NCBI RefSeq assembly: GCF_009914755.1
Contig: NC_060947.1
DNA length: 64,000 nt
From: the human T2T-CHM13v2.0 reference genome, Homo sapiens
Reading direction: 5' to 3' (one strand)
Every line of letters starts with the position of its first letter. Position 1 is the first letter of the stretch. The notes under the pieces are model-generated. The model saw nothing but the letters and a program-made list of their open reading frames with translations. It did not search any database and had not been told where the DNA came from. This document shows positions 12,996-27,750 of the stretch, piece after piece. Position numbers and translations under genes: made by a program.

Positions 12996-15532
12996 CCACT
13001 TCTGTCATGACAGCATGAGGAACTTTGTGAACCAGCTCACAGTGAAACTGGTGAAAATTATATAAACAACCATCTAAAGTCTCTGGAAATGTTTCTGATG
13101 ACATAAAACAAATGAAAAATCATTTATTCAAGAAAAAGCTACTAAAATTTTAAGGACAGTGAAAGTTTGTGGTAAATGAACCAAAACCCACTCTTCCAAC
13201 CCTGCCTCCAAGCCCAGTGAAGAGGTGAGCTCTACTCTAGACTGAAACATCCAAAAATACAAGACTCCTTATTCCTCCTAGATCTCAGTTAGAGGGCTAT
13301 CTTCCTAGGAGGAGCAGGACATAACCATTTCTCATGCTTCCCCCAATTACCTGTTGCTGAGGCTAAGTTCTGGTTTAGTGTGGCCAAGAGGTGGTGGCTC
13401 CTTTTTTCCACCCAGCCCCTAACCATAGGACAAAGCTAAATCTTGGGCATTGGTGCTACTGAGCATACTGGGGCATCGATCTCCCTGACCCTGGATTGAG
13501 TGAGGAGCAGTAGATGCATTCTAAGAGAGGCAAGCTAAAAAGATTAAGGGCTATTGTCTCCTTCCTCCACCAAGCACTCATGTTCTCAAGCAGAGATATC
13601 AGAGAGAATTATGCCATTGTTCCAGTCTCCAGGACCAGAATTGTGGCTCAGAGATTCTGCCCTAAGGGAAAGGTAGGTCTTAGAAGAGAGAGCTCTGAAT
13701 CTCTCCCTAAAATAACTGACTTTATTTGCAACTGAGTGTGGAAAAATTCAAGCCTAAGGGTGCTCTCAAGAACAAAGAAGGTTATGGTAAAAGAAAATTG
13801 GGGGAAATTGGTAAATTTATTAAAATTATAGGCTAAACTGTAGGCCAACCAGTTTGCTGGAGAGAAAACAGAGAGAAAGGGCAGCAAAAAAGTCCTCCAA
13901 GAGTCAGAGCAAGTCTTAAACACTAACCTAAGAAAATATTCCTACTAAGGTGCCCAAATTTGATTGGATCAGTCTGTGAAGCAATTTATGCCCCAGGGTG
14001 TTGTCGAAAACAAAAGAGCAATCAGCCGGTAATTAGCGTGATTTAAGAGCTGGCTGTGGTCAGGGAAAGAGGCAGTTAAAGGGAGCCCTGCCAAAATCAG
14101 TGTTATCCCAGGGTGATTATGTGCCTACCCAAGGCTGTACCCCCTGAGTAACAACATCAGCAGTTTCACACAATGAAGTTAACAAGCACACAAAAATAAT
14201 AAGACCTGGAGTGGGAAGAACAAGTACCCAGGGTTGGTACAATATATTATCTAAAATAACCTAGTTTCTAACAAAAAATTATGAGGCATGCAAATAAACA
14301 GGAAAGTATAAACTATACACTATACACCAATACCAAAAGAGCAGGCAACAGAAACTGCCTATGAAAATTACCAGATGTCAGATTTAGTAGACAAAGTCTT
14401 CAAAGTAACCATGATAAATATATTTGAAGGACTAAAGGAAACTATTATTAAAGAAATGAAAGAAGGTACGATGTCAATGTCAAATCAAACAGAATATAAA
14501 TAAAAAGGAAATATTTTTAAAAATGAAATAGAGATTCTGGTGTTCAAAAGAACAATAATTGAAATGAAAAACTCACTAGAGGGAAAAAGAGTCCATTCGA
14601 ACTGGGAGAATAAAGAATTAACACACTTGATAACAGATTAATAGAGCATATTAACTCTAAAGAGCAGAGAAAACAAGAATGAAGAAAAATGAAGATGGCC
14701 TCAGAGAATTATGGGATATTATATGCACCAACATATGTGTAAGGGGACTATTAGAAGGAAAGAATGAGAAGGAAGCAGAAAAAAAAAAGAAATAATGGCT
14801 AAAAACTTCCCAATTTATTGAAAAACATTAATCAACACATGCAGAAAGCTCAATGAACTGCAAGTAAGATAAGTGCAGAGATCCGCAAGCTGACATATTA
14901 TAATAAAAATGCTAGAAGACAAAGAGAAAATCTTGAAAGCAGCAAGAGAAAAATGACTCATCACTTACAAACTTACAAAGGAAGATTAAAAGCTGACTTC
15001 TCACCAGAAACAATGGAGGCCAGAAGGCAGTGTAATAACATACTCAATGTGCCCAATGAAACCATTCATTAAACAAAAGTCATATATTCAGCAAAGCTAA
15101 CTTTAAAATTGAAGGTAAAATAAACTTTTCCAGATAAAGTGAGAAAAATTTGTTTCTAGCAGACCTACACTACAAGAAATACCAAAGAGAGTTATTTAAG
15201 CTGAAAGCAACTGAATCCAGAAAGTAATTCAAATCCACACGAGAAACAAAAAGCAATGGTAAAGATAGTTATGTAATTATAAAAAGCAATATAAATGCAT
15301 ATTTATTCTCCTTTCTTAAATTATTTAGAAAACAATTTTATGAAACAATGTGTATGTAATGCATAGTTCACCCTATAACGTATAGAAATATTATGTATCT
15401 GCCAATAACAGCAAAAAGAAGATGGATTGGAACAAAGCCGTATTGGGGTATGGAAGTAATTCCAGATGGCACCTTAAATCCACAGGAACAGATGCAGAGA
15501 ACAAGAAATGATAAATAGGATTAATATAACAA

Positions 15533-15849
15533 GGCTGGGTGTGGTGGCTCACACCTGTAATCCCAGCACTTTGGGAGGCCAAAGTGGGCAGCTCATCTGA
15601 GGTCAAGAGTTCGACAACAGCCTGGCCAACATGGTGAAACCCTGCCTCTACTAAAAATAAAAATAAAAAAATTAGCCAGGCATGGTGGCACACACCTGTA
15701 GTCCCAGCTACTCGGGAGGCTGAGGCAGAAGAATGGGTTGAAGCCAGGAGGCGGAGGTTGCAGTGAGCCAAGATCACATTGTGCCACTGCACTCCAGCCT
15801 GGGTGACACAGTGAGACTCTGTCTTAAAAAAAAAAAAAAAAAAAGAAAA
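15533..15849 (+). mobile_element. AluS
   Basis: Full Alu with tail; degenerate TSD ttaat(a/t)taacaa. Confidence 0.93.
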
Positions 15850-16310
15850 TTAATAATTTAACAAAAGCTATAAATATATACTAGCTTTTCTTACCTTCTT
15901 TAAAAGTATACATATATATAAATAATTATAACAATGTATTGTTTGGTTTGTAACATTTATAGATGTAACCTGTATAACAATAACAAAACAAAAAGGAAGG
16001 AAGTAAAGTAAAGCAATACAGAAATAACATTTTTGTCTCCCAACAGAATTAAATTAGTATAAATTGGAAGCTGATTCTGATGTATAAGGTAAATTCTAGA
16101 TCAATAGCTAAGGAGATAACAAAAATGTATTGTAAAAAATCATTAAAGAAATTAAAATTCTGCATTAGAAAAGATTCACTTAATCCGAAAGAAGGTGGTA
16201 TAGAAGGAATAGAGAAACAAACAGAGCACCACGCATAAAGAAAACAAAAAGTGACATGGCAGATATAAATTCAAATATATTAATAATACCATTAAGTATC
16301 AATGAATTAT

Positions 16311-16699
16311 GCTGGGTGTGGTGGCTCATGCCTGTAATCCTAGCACTTAGGGAGGCTAAGGTGGGAGAACAGCTTGAGCCTAGGAATTTGAGGTTACAGT
16401 GAGCTATGATAGTGCACCGTACTCCACTCCAGCCTGGGCAACAGAGTGAGACTCTGGTTCTAGAAAAAAAAAATGAATTAAACAATCCAATCAAAAGGCA
16501 GATTGTCAGTCTGGGTTAAAAAACAGCAACAACATAATTCAACTATATGCAATCTACAGAAGAGACACTTTATTTTTTAATAGAGATGGGGTCTTGCTAT
16601 GTTGACCAGACAGGTCTCAAACTCCTGGCCTCAAGTGATCCTCCCATCTTGGCCTCCCAAAGTGCTGGGATTACAGATGTAAGCCACCATGTCTGGCCC
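16311..16699. mobile_element. Two Alu monomers (16311-16473 +, 16568-16699 -)
   Basis: Single-arm Alu/FLAM-like sequences in opposite orientation. Confidence 0.8.
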
Positions 16700-17254
16700 A
16701 GAAGAAACACTTTTTATTCAAAGATACAAATAGGTTAAAATTAAAATGATGGAAAAACTAATAACATGCAAACAGCAAGCACAAGAAAGCTGGAGTGGCT
16801 ATACTGGTATCAGAAAAAATAAAATTTAAAATAAAAAGTTATTAAAAATAAAGAGGGACATTTTATTATGATAGAAGGATCAATACACCAGGACAATATA
16901 ATGATTATAAACATACATACACCTAACAGCACAGTACTAAAATACATAAAGCAAAAACTGATAGAAAGGAAGATTTAAATAGACAAATCAGCAATAATAG
17001 TTGAGGGTTTCAATACTTTATTTCCAATAATAAATGGAACAATTAGGCAAAATATCAACAAGGAAATAGAACACTTGAACATACTATGAGACAACTGGAC
17101 CTAATAGACATCAAGAGACACTCCACTCAATGAGAACGGAGTATACGTTCTTCTCAAGTACATATGGAACATTCTCCAGGATATACCATATGCGAGGCCA
17201 TAAAACAAACCTTAATAATTTTAAAAAAACAAAAGTAATACAAAAAATTATTAA

Positions 17255-17888
<634 letters not shown>

Positions 17889-17965
17889 CTATAATGGAAA
17901 GAAATTAAACATCAATAACAGAAAGAAAATTGAAAAAACTCACAAATATATGAAAATTAAATAGC

Positions 17966-18581
17966 AGGCCAGGCGCGGGTGGCTCACGCCTGTAATCCCA
18001 GCACTTTGGGAGGCCAAGGCAGGTGGGTCGCAAGGTCAGGAGTTCAAGCCCAGCTTTACCAACATGGTGAAACCCCGTCTCTACTAAGAATACAAAAATT
18101 AGCCGGCATGGTGGCACGTACCTGTAATCCCAGCTACTCAGGAGGCTGAGGCCGGAGAATCACATGAACCTGGGAGGCGGAGGTTGCAGTCAGCCAAGAT
18201 CGCGCCACTGCACTCCAGCCTGGCTGACAGAGTGAGACTCCATCTCCAAAAAAAAAAAAAAAAAAAACAGAAGTCCGGGAACAGTGGCTCACGCCTGTAA
18301 TCCCAACACTTTGGGAGGCCGAGGCAGGTGGATCAGGAGGTCAGGAGTTCAAGACCAGACTGGCCAAGATGGTGAAACCCTGTCGCTACTAAAAATACAA
18401 CAATGAGCTTGGTGCAGTGGCAGGCGCCTGTAATCCCAGCTACTTGGAGGCTGAGGCAGGAGAATCACTTGCACCTAGGGGGCGGAGGTTGCAGTGAGCT
18501 GAGATCATGCCACTGCACTTCAGCCTGGGCAACAGTGAGACTCCGTCTCACAAAAAAAAAAAAAAAAAAAAGAAAAGAAAA
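17966..18581 (+). mobile_element. Two tandem AluS (17966-18268, 18273-18581)
   Basis: Two Alu bodies; pair flanked by TSD gaaaattaaatagca. Confidence 0.92.
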
Positions 18582-19002
18582 TTAAATAGCACATTCCTAA
18601 ATAATCAGTCAAAGAGGAATCAAAAGAGAAATTAGAAAATTACTTTGAGATGAATACAATAAAGGCTGACCAAGGGGAAAAAAAAGAGAGAAGGCTCAAA
18701 TTACTGAAATCAGGAATAAAAGAGATGTTACTGCCAAACTCACAGAAACGAGAGAGGGTTATAACATAATATTGAGAAGAATTGTATGCCAACCAATTAG
18801 ATAACCTAAATGAAATGGACAAATTATTGGAAATACATAATCTATCAAAATGGACTCAAGGAAAAAATAGAAATTCTAAATATATTTATAATACAAATAT
18901 TGAGCTAATAATTTTTAAAAAAAATAACCCTTTCAACACATAAAGCCTACACATATATGGCTTCACTGGTGAATTATAGCAAATATTTAAAGGAGAATTA
19001 AT

Positions 19003-19287
19003 AGGCTGGGCATAGTGGCTCACGCCTGTAATCTCAGCACTTTGAGAGGCCAACATGGGTGTATTGCTTCATCCCAGGAGTTCGAGGCCAGCCTGGGCAA
19101 CATGGTGAAACCTCATGTCCACAGACAAAATACAAAAATTAGCTAGGTGTGGTAGTACATGCCTGTAGTCCCAGCTACTAGGGAGGCTGAGGTGGAAGGA
19201 ACGCTTGAGCCCAAGAGATCAAGGCTGCAGTGAGCCATGACCACACCACTGCACTCCAGCCTGGGTGACAAAGTGAGATTCTGTCTC

Positions 19288-19318
<31 letters not shown>

Positions 19319-19330
19319 ATAGATAAATAA
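19003..19330 (+). mobile_element. AluJ with (TAAA)n tail
   Basis: Alu body; TSD agaattaat. Confidence 0.92.
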
Positions 19331-19467
19331 GAATTAATGGCAATTCTTTAAAATTCTTCAAAAACATGAAAGAGAAGTGAACATTTCCCAACTCATTCTA
19401 TAAGGCCAATATTACCCTGATATCAAAAGCAAACAAAAATATCATAAGAAAAAAAAACCTGTAGGTC

Positions 19468-19767
<300 letters not shown>

Positions 19768-19980
19768 AAAAAAAAACCTGTAGATTTTTATCTCTTATGA
19801 ATATAGATGCAGAAATCTGACAAAATACCAGTAATATAAATTCAAACATATAAAAAAGATTATAAACTATTATCAAATGGGATTTATCTAAGGAATGCAA
19901 GGTAAGTAAAATGTGTGAAAAACAATTAATGTAATATACAATATTTATAGAATACAAGACAAAACCCACATGACCATCTT

Positions 19981-22900
19981 TTTTTTCTTTTTAATTTTGC
20001 TTTAAGTTCTGGAATACATGGGCAGAACATGCAAGTTTGTTACATAGGTATACAGGTGCCATGGTGGTTTCTGCAACTGTCAACCCATCATCTAGGTTTA
20101 AAGACCTGCATGCATTAAGTATTTGTCCTAATGCTTTTCCTCCCCTTGCACCCCACCCCCTGACAGGCCCCAATGTGTGATGTTCCACTCCTGTGTCCAT
20201 GTGTTCTCATTGTTTAACTCCCACTTATGAATGAGAACATGCAGTGTTTGATTTTCTGTTCCTGTTTTAGTTTGCTAAGAATGATGGCTTTTAGCATCAT
20301 CCTTGTCCCTGAAAAGGACATACACTCATTCTTTTTCATGGCTGCATAGTATTCCATAGTGAATATGTGGAACATTTTCTTTATCCAGTCTATCATTGAT
20401 GGACATTTGGGTTGATTCCAAGTCTTTGCTATTGTAAATAGTGGTGGAATAAACATACTTGTGCATGTGTCTTTATGGTAGAATGATTTATAATCCTTTG
20501 GGTATATACTCAGTAATGGGATTGCTGGGTCAAATGGTATTTCTGGTTCTAGATCCTTGAAGAATAGCCACACTGTCTTCCACAATGGTTGAACTAATTA
20601 GCACTCCCACCAACAGTGTAAAAGCATTCCTATTTCTCCACAGCCTCACCAGCATCTGTTCTTTCCTGACTTTTTAATAATCACCATTGTAACTGGTGTA
20701 AGATGGTATCTCATTGTGGTTTTGATTTGCATTTCTCTAATGATCAGTGATGATGAGCCTTTTTTCATATGTTTCTTGGCTGCCTAAATGTCTTCTTTTG
20801 AGAAGTGTCTGTTCATATCCTTCACCCACTTTTTGATGGGTTTTTTTTTTCTTGTAAATTTGTTTAAGTTCCTTGAAGATTCTGGATATTAGACCATTGT
20901 CAGATGGGTAGCTTGCAAAAATTTTCTCCCATTCTATAGGTTGTCTGTTCACTCTGATGATAGTTTCTTTTGCTGTGCAGAAGCTCTTTGGTTTAATTAG
21001 ATCCCATTTGTCAATTTTGGCTTTTGTTGCCATTGCTTTTGTTGTTTCAGTAATGAAGTCTTTGCCCATGCCTATGTCCTGAAGGGTATTGCCTAGGTTT
21101 TCTTCTAGGGTTTTTATGGTTTGGGGTTTTACATTTAAGTCTTTAACCCATCTTGAGTTAATTTTTGTATAAGGTGTAAGGAAGGGGTCTGGATTCTGTT
21201 TTCTGCATATGGCTAGCCAATTTTCCCAGCACAATTTACTGAATAGGGAATCCTTTCCCCATTGCTTGTTTTTGTCAGGTTTGTGGAAGATCAGATGGTT
21301 GTAGATGTGTGGTGTTATTTCTGAGGTCTCTGTTCTGTTCCATTGGTCTGTATATCTGTTTTGGTACCAGTACCATGCTGTTTTGGTTACTGTAGACTTG
21401 TAGTATAGTTTGAAGTCACGTAGCAGGATGCCTCCAGCTTTGTTGTTTTTCCTTAGGATTGCCTTGGCTTTACAGGCTCTTTTTTGGTTCCATATGAAAT
21501 TTAAAGTAGTTGTTTTTAATTCTGTGAAGAAAGTCAATGGTAGGTTGATGGGAATAGCATTGAATCTATAAATTACATTGCGCACTATGGCTATTTTCAT
21601 TATATTGATTCTTCTTATCCATGAGCATGGAATGCTTTTCCATTTGTTTGTGTCCTACTTTATCTCATTGAGCAGTGGTTTGTAGTTCTTGAAGTGTTCC
21701 TTCACATCCCTTGTAAGTTGTATTCCTAGTTATTTTATTCTCTTTGTAGCAGTTGTGAATGGGGGTTTGCTCATGATTTGGCTCTCTGCTTGTCTATTGT
21801 TGGTGTATAGAAGTGCTTGTGATTGTTACACATTGATTTTATATCCTGAGACTGTGCTGAAGTCGATTATAAGCTTAAGGAGTTTGTGGATTGAGATGAT
21901 GGGGTTTTCTAAGTACACAATCATGTCATCTGCAAACAGAGAAAATTTGAATTCCTCTCTTCTTATTTGAATACTCTTTGTTTCTTTCTCTTGCCTTATT
22001 GCCCTGGCCAGAACTATGTTGAATAGGAGTGGTGAGAGAGGGCATCCTTGTCTTGTGCCAGTTTTCAAAGGGAATGTTTCCAGCTTTTGCCCATTTGGTA
22101 TGATAGTGGCTTTGGATTTGTCATAAATAGCTCTTATTATTTTTAGATACATTCCGTCAATACCTAGTTTATTGAGAGTTTTTAGCATGAAGGGATGTTG
22201 AATTTCATCAAAGGCCTTTTCTGCATCTATTGAGATGATCCTGGTTTTTGTCATTGGTTCTCTTTATGTGATGGGTTATGTTTATTGATTTGTATATGTT
22301 GAACCAGCCTTGCATCCCAGAGATGAAGCCAACTTGATTGTAGTGAATAAACTTTTTGATGTGCTGCTGGATTCGGTTTGCCAGTATTTTATTGAGGATT
22401 TTTGCATCAATCATCAGGGATATTGGCCTGAGATGTTCTCTTATTGTTGTGTCTCTGCCAGGTTTTGGTATCAGCTGGCCTCATAAAATGAGTTAGGGAG
22501 GAGACCCTCTTTTTCTATTGTTTGGAATAGTTTCAGAAGGAATGGTACCAGCTCCTCTTTGTACCTCTGGTAGAATTCAGCTGTGAATCTGTCTTGTCCT
22601 GGGTTTTCTTGGTTGGTAGACTATTAATTACTGCCCCAATTTCAGAACTTGTTATCGGTCTATTCAGGGATTCAACTTATTTCTGGTTTAGTCTTGGGAG
22701 GGTGTATGTATCCAGGAATTTGCCCATTTCTTCTAGATTTTCTAGTTTATTTGTGTAGAGGTTTTGTAGTATTCTCTGATGGTAGTTTGTATTTCTGTGA
22801 TATCCCCTTTTTCATTTTTTATTATATCTATTTGATTCTTCTCTTTTTTCTTCCTTATTTGTCTAGCTAGTAGTCCATCTATTTTGTTAATCTTTTCAAA

Positions 22901-25900
22901 AAACCAGCCCCTGGATTCATTGATTTTTTGAAGGGTTTTTTGTGTCTCTATCTCCTTCAGTTCTGCTCTCATCTTAGTTATTTCTTGTCTCTTGCTAGCT
23001 TTTGAATTTGTTTGCTTTTGCTTCTCTAGTTCTTTTAATTGTGCTGTTAGGGTGTCAATTTTAGATCTTTCCTACTTTCTGTTGTGGACGTTTAGTGCTA
23101 TAAATTTCCCTCTTAACACTGCTTTAGCTTTATCCCAGAGATTCTGGTACGTTGTCTCTTTGTACTTGTTGGTTTCAAAGAACTTACTTATTTCTGTGTT
23201 AATTTTGTTATTTACCTAGTAATCATTCAGAAGCAAATTGTTCAATTTCCATGTAGTTGTGTGGTTTTGAGTGAGTTTCTTAATCCCGAGTTCTAATTTG
23301 CTTGCACTGTAGTCTGAGAGACTGTTTGTTATGATTTCAGTTCTTTTCTGTTTGCTGAGGAGTGTTTTTCTTCCAATTATGTGGCCAATTTTAGAATACG
23401 TGCTATGTGGCACTGAGAAGAATGTATATTCTGTTGATTTGGGGTGGAGAGTTCTGTAGATGTCTATTATGTCTGCTTTGTCCAGAGCTGAGTTCAAGTC
23501 CTGAATATCCTTGTTAATTTTCTGTCTTGTTGATCTGTCTAATAATGACAGTGTGGTGTTAAAGCCTCCCACTATTATTGTGTGGGAGTCTCAGTCTCTG
23601 TAGGTCTCTAATAACTTGCTTTATGAATTTGGGTGCTCCTGTATTGGGTGCATATTTATTTAGGATAGTTAGCTTTTCTCTTTGCATTGATCCCTTTACC
23701 ATTATGTAATGCCCTTCGTCTTTTTTGATCTTTGTTGGTTTAAAGTCTGTTTTATCCGAGACTAGGATTGCAACCCCTGCTTTTTTTGTTTTCCATTTGC
23801 TTGGTAAATATTCCTTCATCCTTTTATTTTGATCCTATGTGTGTCTTTTCACGTAAGATGCGTCTACTGAATACAGCACACTGATGGATCTTGACTCTTT
23901 ATCCAATTTGCCAGTCTGTGTCTTTTAATTAGGGCATTTAGCCATTTACATTTAAGGTTAATATTGTTATGTGTGAATTTGATGCTGTCATCATGATGTT
24001 AGCTGGTTATTTTGCACATTAGTTGATGCAGTTTCTTCATAGTGTCATTGGTCATTATAATTTGCCCTGTTTTTGCAGTGGCTGTTACTGGTTTTTCCTT
24101 TCCATGTTTAGTGCTTCCTTCAGGAGTTCTTGTAAGGCCGGCCTGGAGGTGATAAAATCCCTCAGCATTTGCTTGCCTGGGAAGGATTTTATTTCCCCTT
24201 CGCCTATGAAGCTTAATTTTGCTGGATATGAAATTCTGGGTTGAAAATTCTTTTCTTTAAGGATGTTGAATATTGCACCCCCCCCTTCTGGATGTAGGGT
24301 TTCTGCAGAGAGATCTGCTTTTAGTCTGATGGGCTTCCCTTTGTAGGTAACCTGACCTTTCTTTCTGGCTGCCCTTAACATTTTCTCCTTTGTTTCAATC
24401 TTGGAGAATCTGATGATTATGTGTCTTGGGGTTGTTCTTCTCGAGGAGTATCTTATTGGTGTTCTCTGTATTTCCTGAATTTGAATGTTGGCCTGTCTTG
24501 CTAGGGTGGGGAAGTTCTCTGGGATAATATCCTGAAGTGTGTTTCCCAACTTGGTTCCATTCTCCCCGTCACTTTCTGGGACCCCAATCAATCGTAGGTT
24601 TGGTCTTTTCACATAGTTCCGTATTTCTTGGAGGCTTTGTTTGCACTTTTCATTCCTTTTTCTCTAATCTTATCTTCATGCCTTATTTCAGTAAGTTGAT
24701 CTTCAGTCTCTGATAGCCTTTCTTCCACTTGATCGATTCAACTATTGATACTTGTGTATGCTTCATGAAGTTCTCGTGCTGTGTTTTTCAGCTCCATCAG
24801 GTTTATGTTCCTCTCTAAAGTAGTTATAGTAGTTAGTAGTTCCCATATCCTTTTATCAATGTTCTTAACTTCCTTGTATTGGGTTAGAACATGCTCCTGT
24901 AGCTCAGAGGAGTTTGTTATTATCCACCTTCTGAAGCTTACTCTGTCAATTCACCAGTCTCATTCTTCATCCAGTTTGTGCCCTTGCTGGGGAGGAGTAT
25001 GATAATTTGGAGGAGAAGAGCCATTCTGGTTTTCGGAATTTTCAGTATTTTTGTGCTGGTTTTTCCTCATCTTTGTGGATTTATCTACTTTTGATCTTTA
25101 AGGCTGATGACCTTTGGATGGGGTTTTGGTGGGGGGTCCTTGATGTTGATATTGATGTTGTTGCTTTCTGTTTGTTAGTTTGTCTTCTAACAGTCAGGCC
25201 CCTCTTCTGCAGGTCTGCTGGAGTTTGCTGGAGGTCCACTCCAGACCCTGTTTGCCTGGGTATCACCAGCAGAGGCTGCAGAACAGCAAAGATCGCTGCC
25301 TGTTTCTTCCTCTGGAAGATTCCTCCCAGAGGGGCACCCACCGGATGCCAGCTGGAGCTCTCCTGTATGAGGTGTCTGTTGGCTCTTGCTGGGAGGTGTC
25401 TCCCACTTAGGAGGCATGGGGGTCAGGGAACCACTTGAGGAGGCAATCTGTCCCTTATCAGAGCTGGTGCGCTGTGCTGGGAGAATCCTCTTGTCAGGAT
25501 CAGCTGCTCTCTTAAGAGCCAGCTGGCGGGCATGATAAAATCCACTGAAGCTGCGCCCACGGCCACCCCTTCCCACAGGTGCTCTGTCCCAGGGAGATGG
25601 GGGTTTTGTTTGTAAGCCTCTGACTGGGGGTGTTACCTTTTCTTCAGAGATGACCTGTCCAGTGAGGAGGAATCTAGAGAAGCAGTCTGGCCACAGCCGC
25701 TTTGCTGCACCCAGCCCAGACCTCCCAGCCTCCTTAGCACTGTCAGGGAAAAACTGCCTACTAAAGCCTAAGTAATGGCTGACACAGACCCTACCACCCC
25801 CCCCTCCGACCCCGCCACCAACCTTGATCATCTCAGACTTCAGACTGCTGTGCTGGGAGTGAGAATTTCAAGCCAGTGGTTCTTAGCTTGCTGGGTTCTG

Positions 25901-26410
25901 GGAAAGTAGGACCCACTGAGCGAGACCACTTGGCTCCCTGGCTTCAGCCCCATTTCCAGGGGAGTAAGTGTTTCTGTGTCACTGGGGTTCCAGGCGCCAC
26001 TAGCGTACAAAAAACAAAAAAACTCCTGCAGCTAGCTTGGTGTCTGCCCAAACAGCCGCCCAGTTTTTTGCTTGAAACCTAGGGCCCTGGTGGTTAGGCC
26101 CACAGGGGAATCTCCTGATCTGCAGATTGCAAAAACTGTGAAAAAAGCATAGTATCTGGGCTGGGTAGCACAGTTCCTCGTGGCTTCCCTCGGGTGGGGA
26201 GAGGGAGGTCCCTGGCTCGTTGCACTTCCTGGGTGAAGCGATGCCCCACCCTGTTTCTGCTTGCCCTCCATGAGTTGGACCCACTGCCTAACCAGTCCCA
26301 ATGAGATGAAATGGGTACCTCAGTTGGAAATGCAGAAACACTCGCCTTCTGTGTTGGTCTTGCTGGGAGCTGCAGACCGAAGCTGTTCCTATTTGGCCAT
26401 CTTGACCCCT
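19981..26410 (-). mobile_element. Full-length L1PA (L1PA7/8-like), ORF1 and ORF2 disrupted
   Basis: TSD tgaccatctt at 19971-19980 and 26411-26420; 5' UTR with caagatggcc; ORF1 peptide (RPNLRLIGVPE, 24085-24612) and ORF2 EN/RT/C-terminal fragments in several frames. Confidence 0.95.
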
Positions 26411-26469
26411 TGACCATCTTAAAGTTGCAGAAAAAGCATCTGACAAAACCCAACACTCCTTCATGATAA

Positions 26470-26476
26470 ACACACA

Positions 26477-26511
<35 letters not shown>
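26470..26511. repeat. (CA)n microsatellite
   Basis: Direct observation. Confidence 0.95.
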
Positions 26512-27699
26512 TGAATAAACTAGGAATAAAAGGGAACTACTTCAACTTGACAAAAGGCATCTATAAAATACCCCACAGCTAACATAATACTTCATGGGGT
26601 AAAGACTGAGCTTATTCTTAACTGATCTTAGGGATTAAGCTCAAAAAGGATGTCTCTTTTCATCACTTCTGTTCAACATTTTATGGCAGGTTCCAGCAAG
26701 GGCAATTAGGCAAGAAAAATGAAATGAAAGACATCCTGTTTAGAAAGGGAAGATAAAAACTCTATTTATAGATGCCATGATTTTTTATGTAGAACATCCT
26801 AAATGATCCATTAAAATCTATTATAACGAATAAATGAGTTATGTAAATCTTCAGGATAAAAAAAATCAATGTACAAAATCAGTTGTATTTTTATATACTT
26901 TCAGTGAACACTCTGAAACTAAAATTAAGAAAGCAATTCCATTCACAGTAGCACCAAACAGAATCAAATAGTTGAGAATAAATTTAACCAAGGCCATTCA
27001 AGGCGTCTACACTAAAAACCACAAAAACATGTTAAAAGCAGTTAAAGAAGACCTAAACAAATGGAAAGGGAGCCTATGTTTATGTATCAGAAGACTCACT
27101 ATTGTTAATACTGCAATACTTTCACAGGCATTGCATTAATTTACAGACGTATTAATGATACAATGTGTGTAAAAATTCCAGGTGGTTTTTCCCCCCCCAG
27201 AAACTGGCAAACTGATCCTAAAACTATTTTGGAAATGAAAAGTACCAGAATAGTCAAAAGAGACTTGAAAAAGAACAAAGTTGGAGGACTCACTTCTTGA
27301 TATCAAAACTTACTACAATGTTTTAGTATTTAAGACAGTGAAGTATTGGCATAAGGATAGACATAGATCAATAGAAAATAATTGGGGGTATAGAAGTACA
27401 CCTTCGCATTTCTAGTAAATTGACTTTTGACAAGAATGTCAAAAGAATTTAATGGGGGAAGGAATAAGGAATAGTCTCTTCAACAAATGGTGCTAAAACA
27501 ACTGGATATCCACATGAAAAAGTATGAATTTGGAGCTCTACTTCACACCATATACAAAATGAACTCAAACTGGATCAAAGACATAAACGTAAGAGCTAAA
27601 ACTATGAAACCATTAGAAGAAAGCATAGACATACATCTTCATAATCTCGGAATTGAAAATGGTTTCTTAAGTATGATGCCAAAAGCTCAAGTTAAAAAA

Positions 27700-27702
<3 letters not shown>

Positions 27703-27750
<48 letters not shown>
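27703..27750. repeat. (TA)n microsatellite
   Basis: Direct observation. Confidence 0.95.

Noticed and set aside
20214-24612. Long ORFs with RT, endonuclease and ORF1 similarity as a novel retro-system
   Set aside because: Frameshifted pieces of an ordinary L1PA; the same applies to ORFs at 29-39 kb and 55-63 kb
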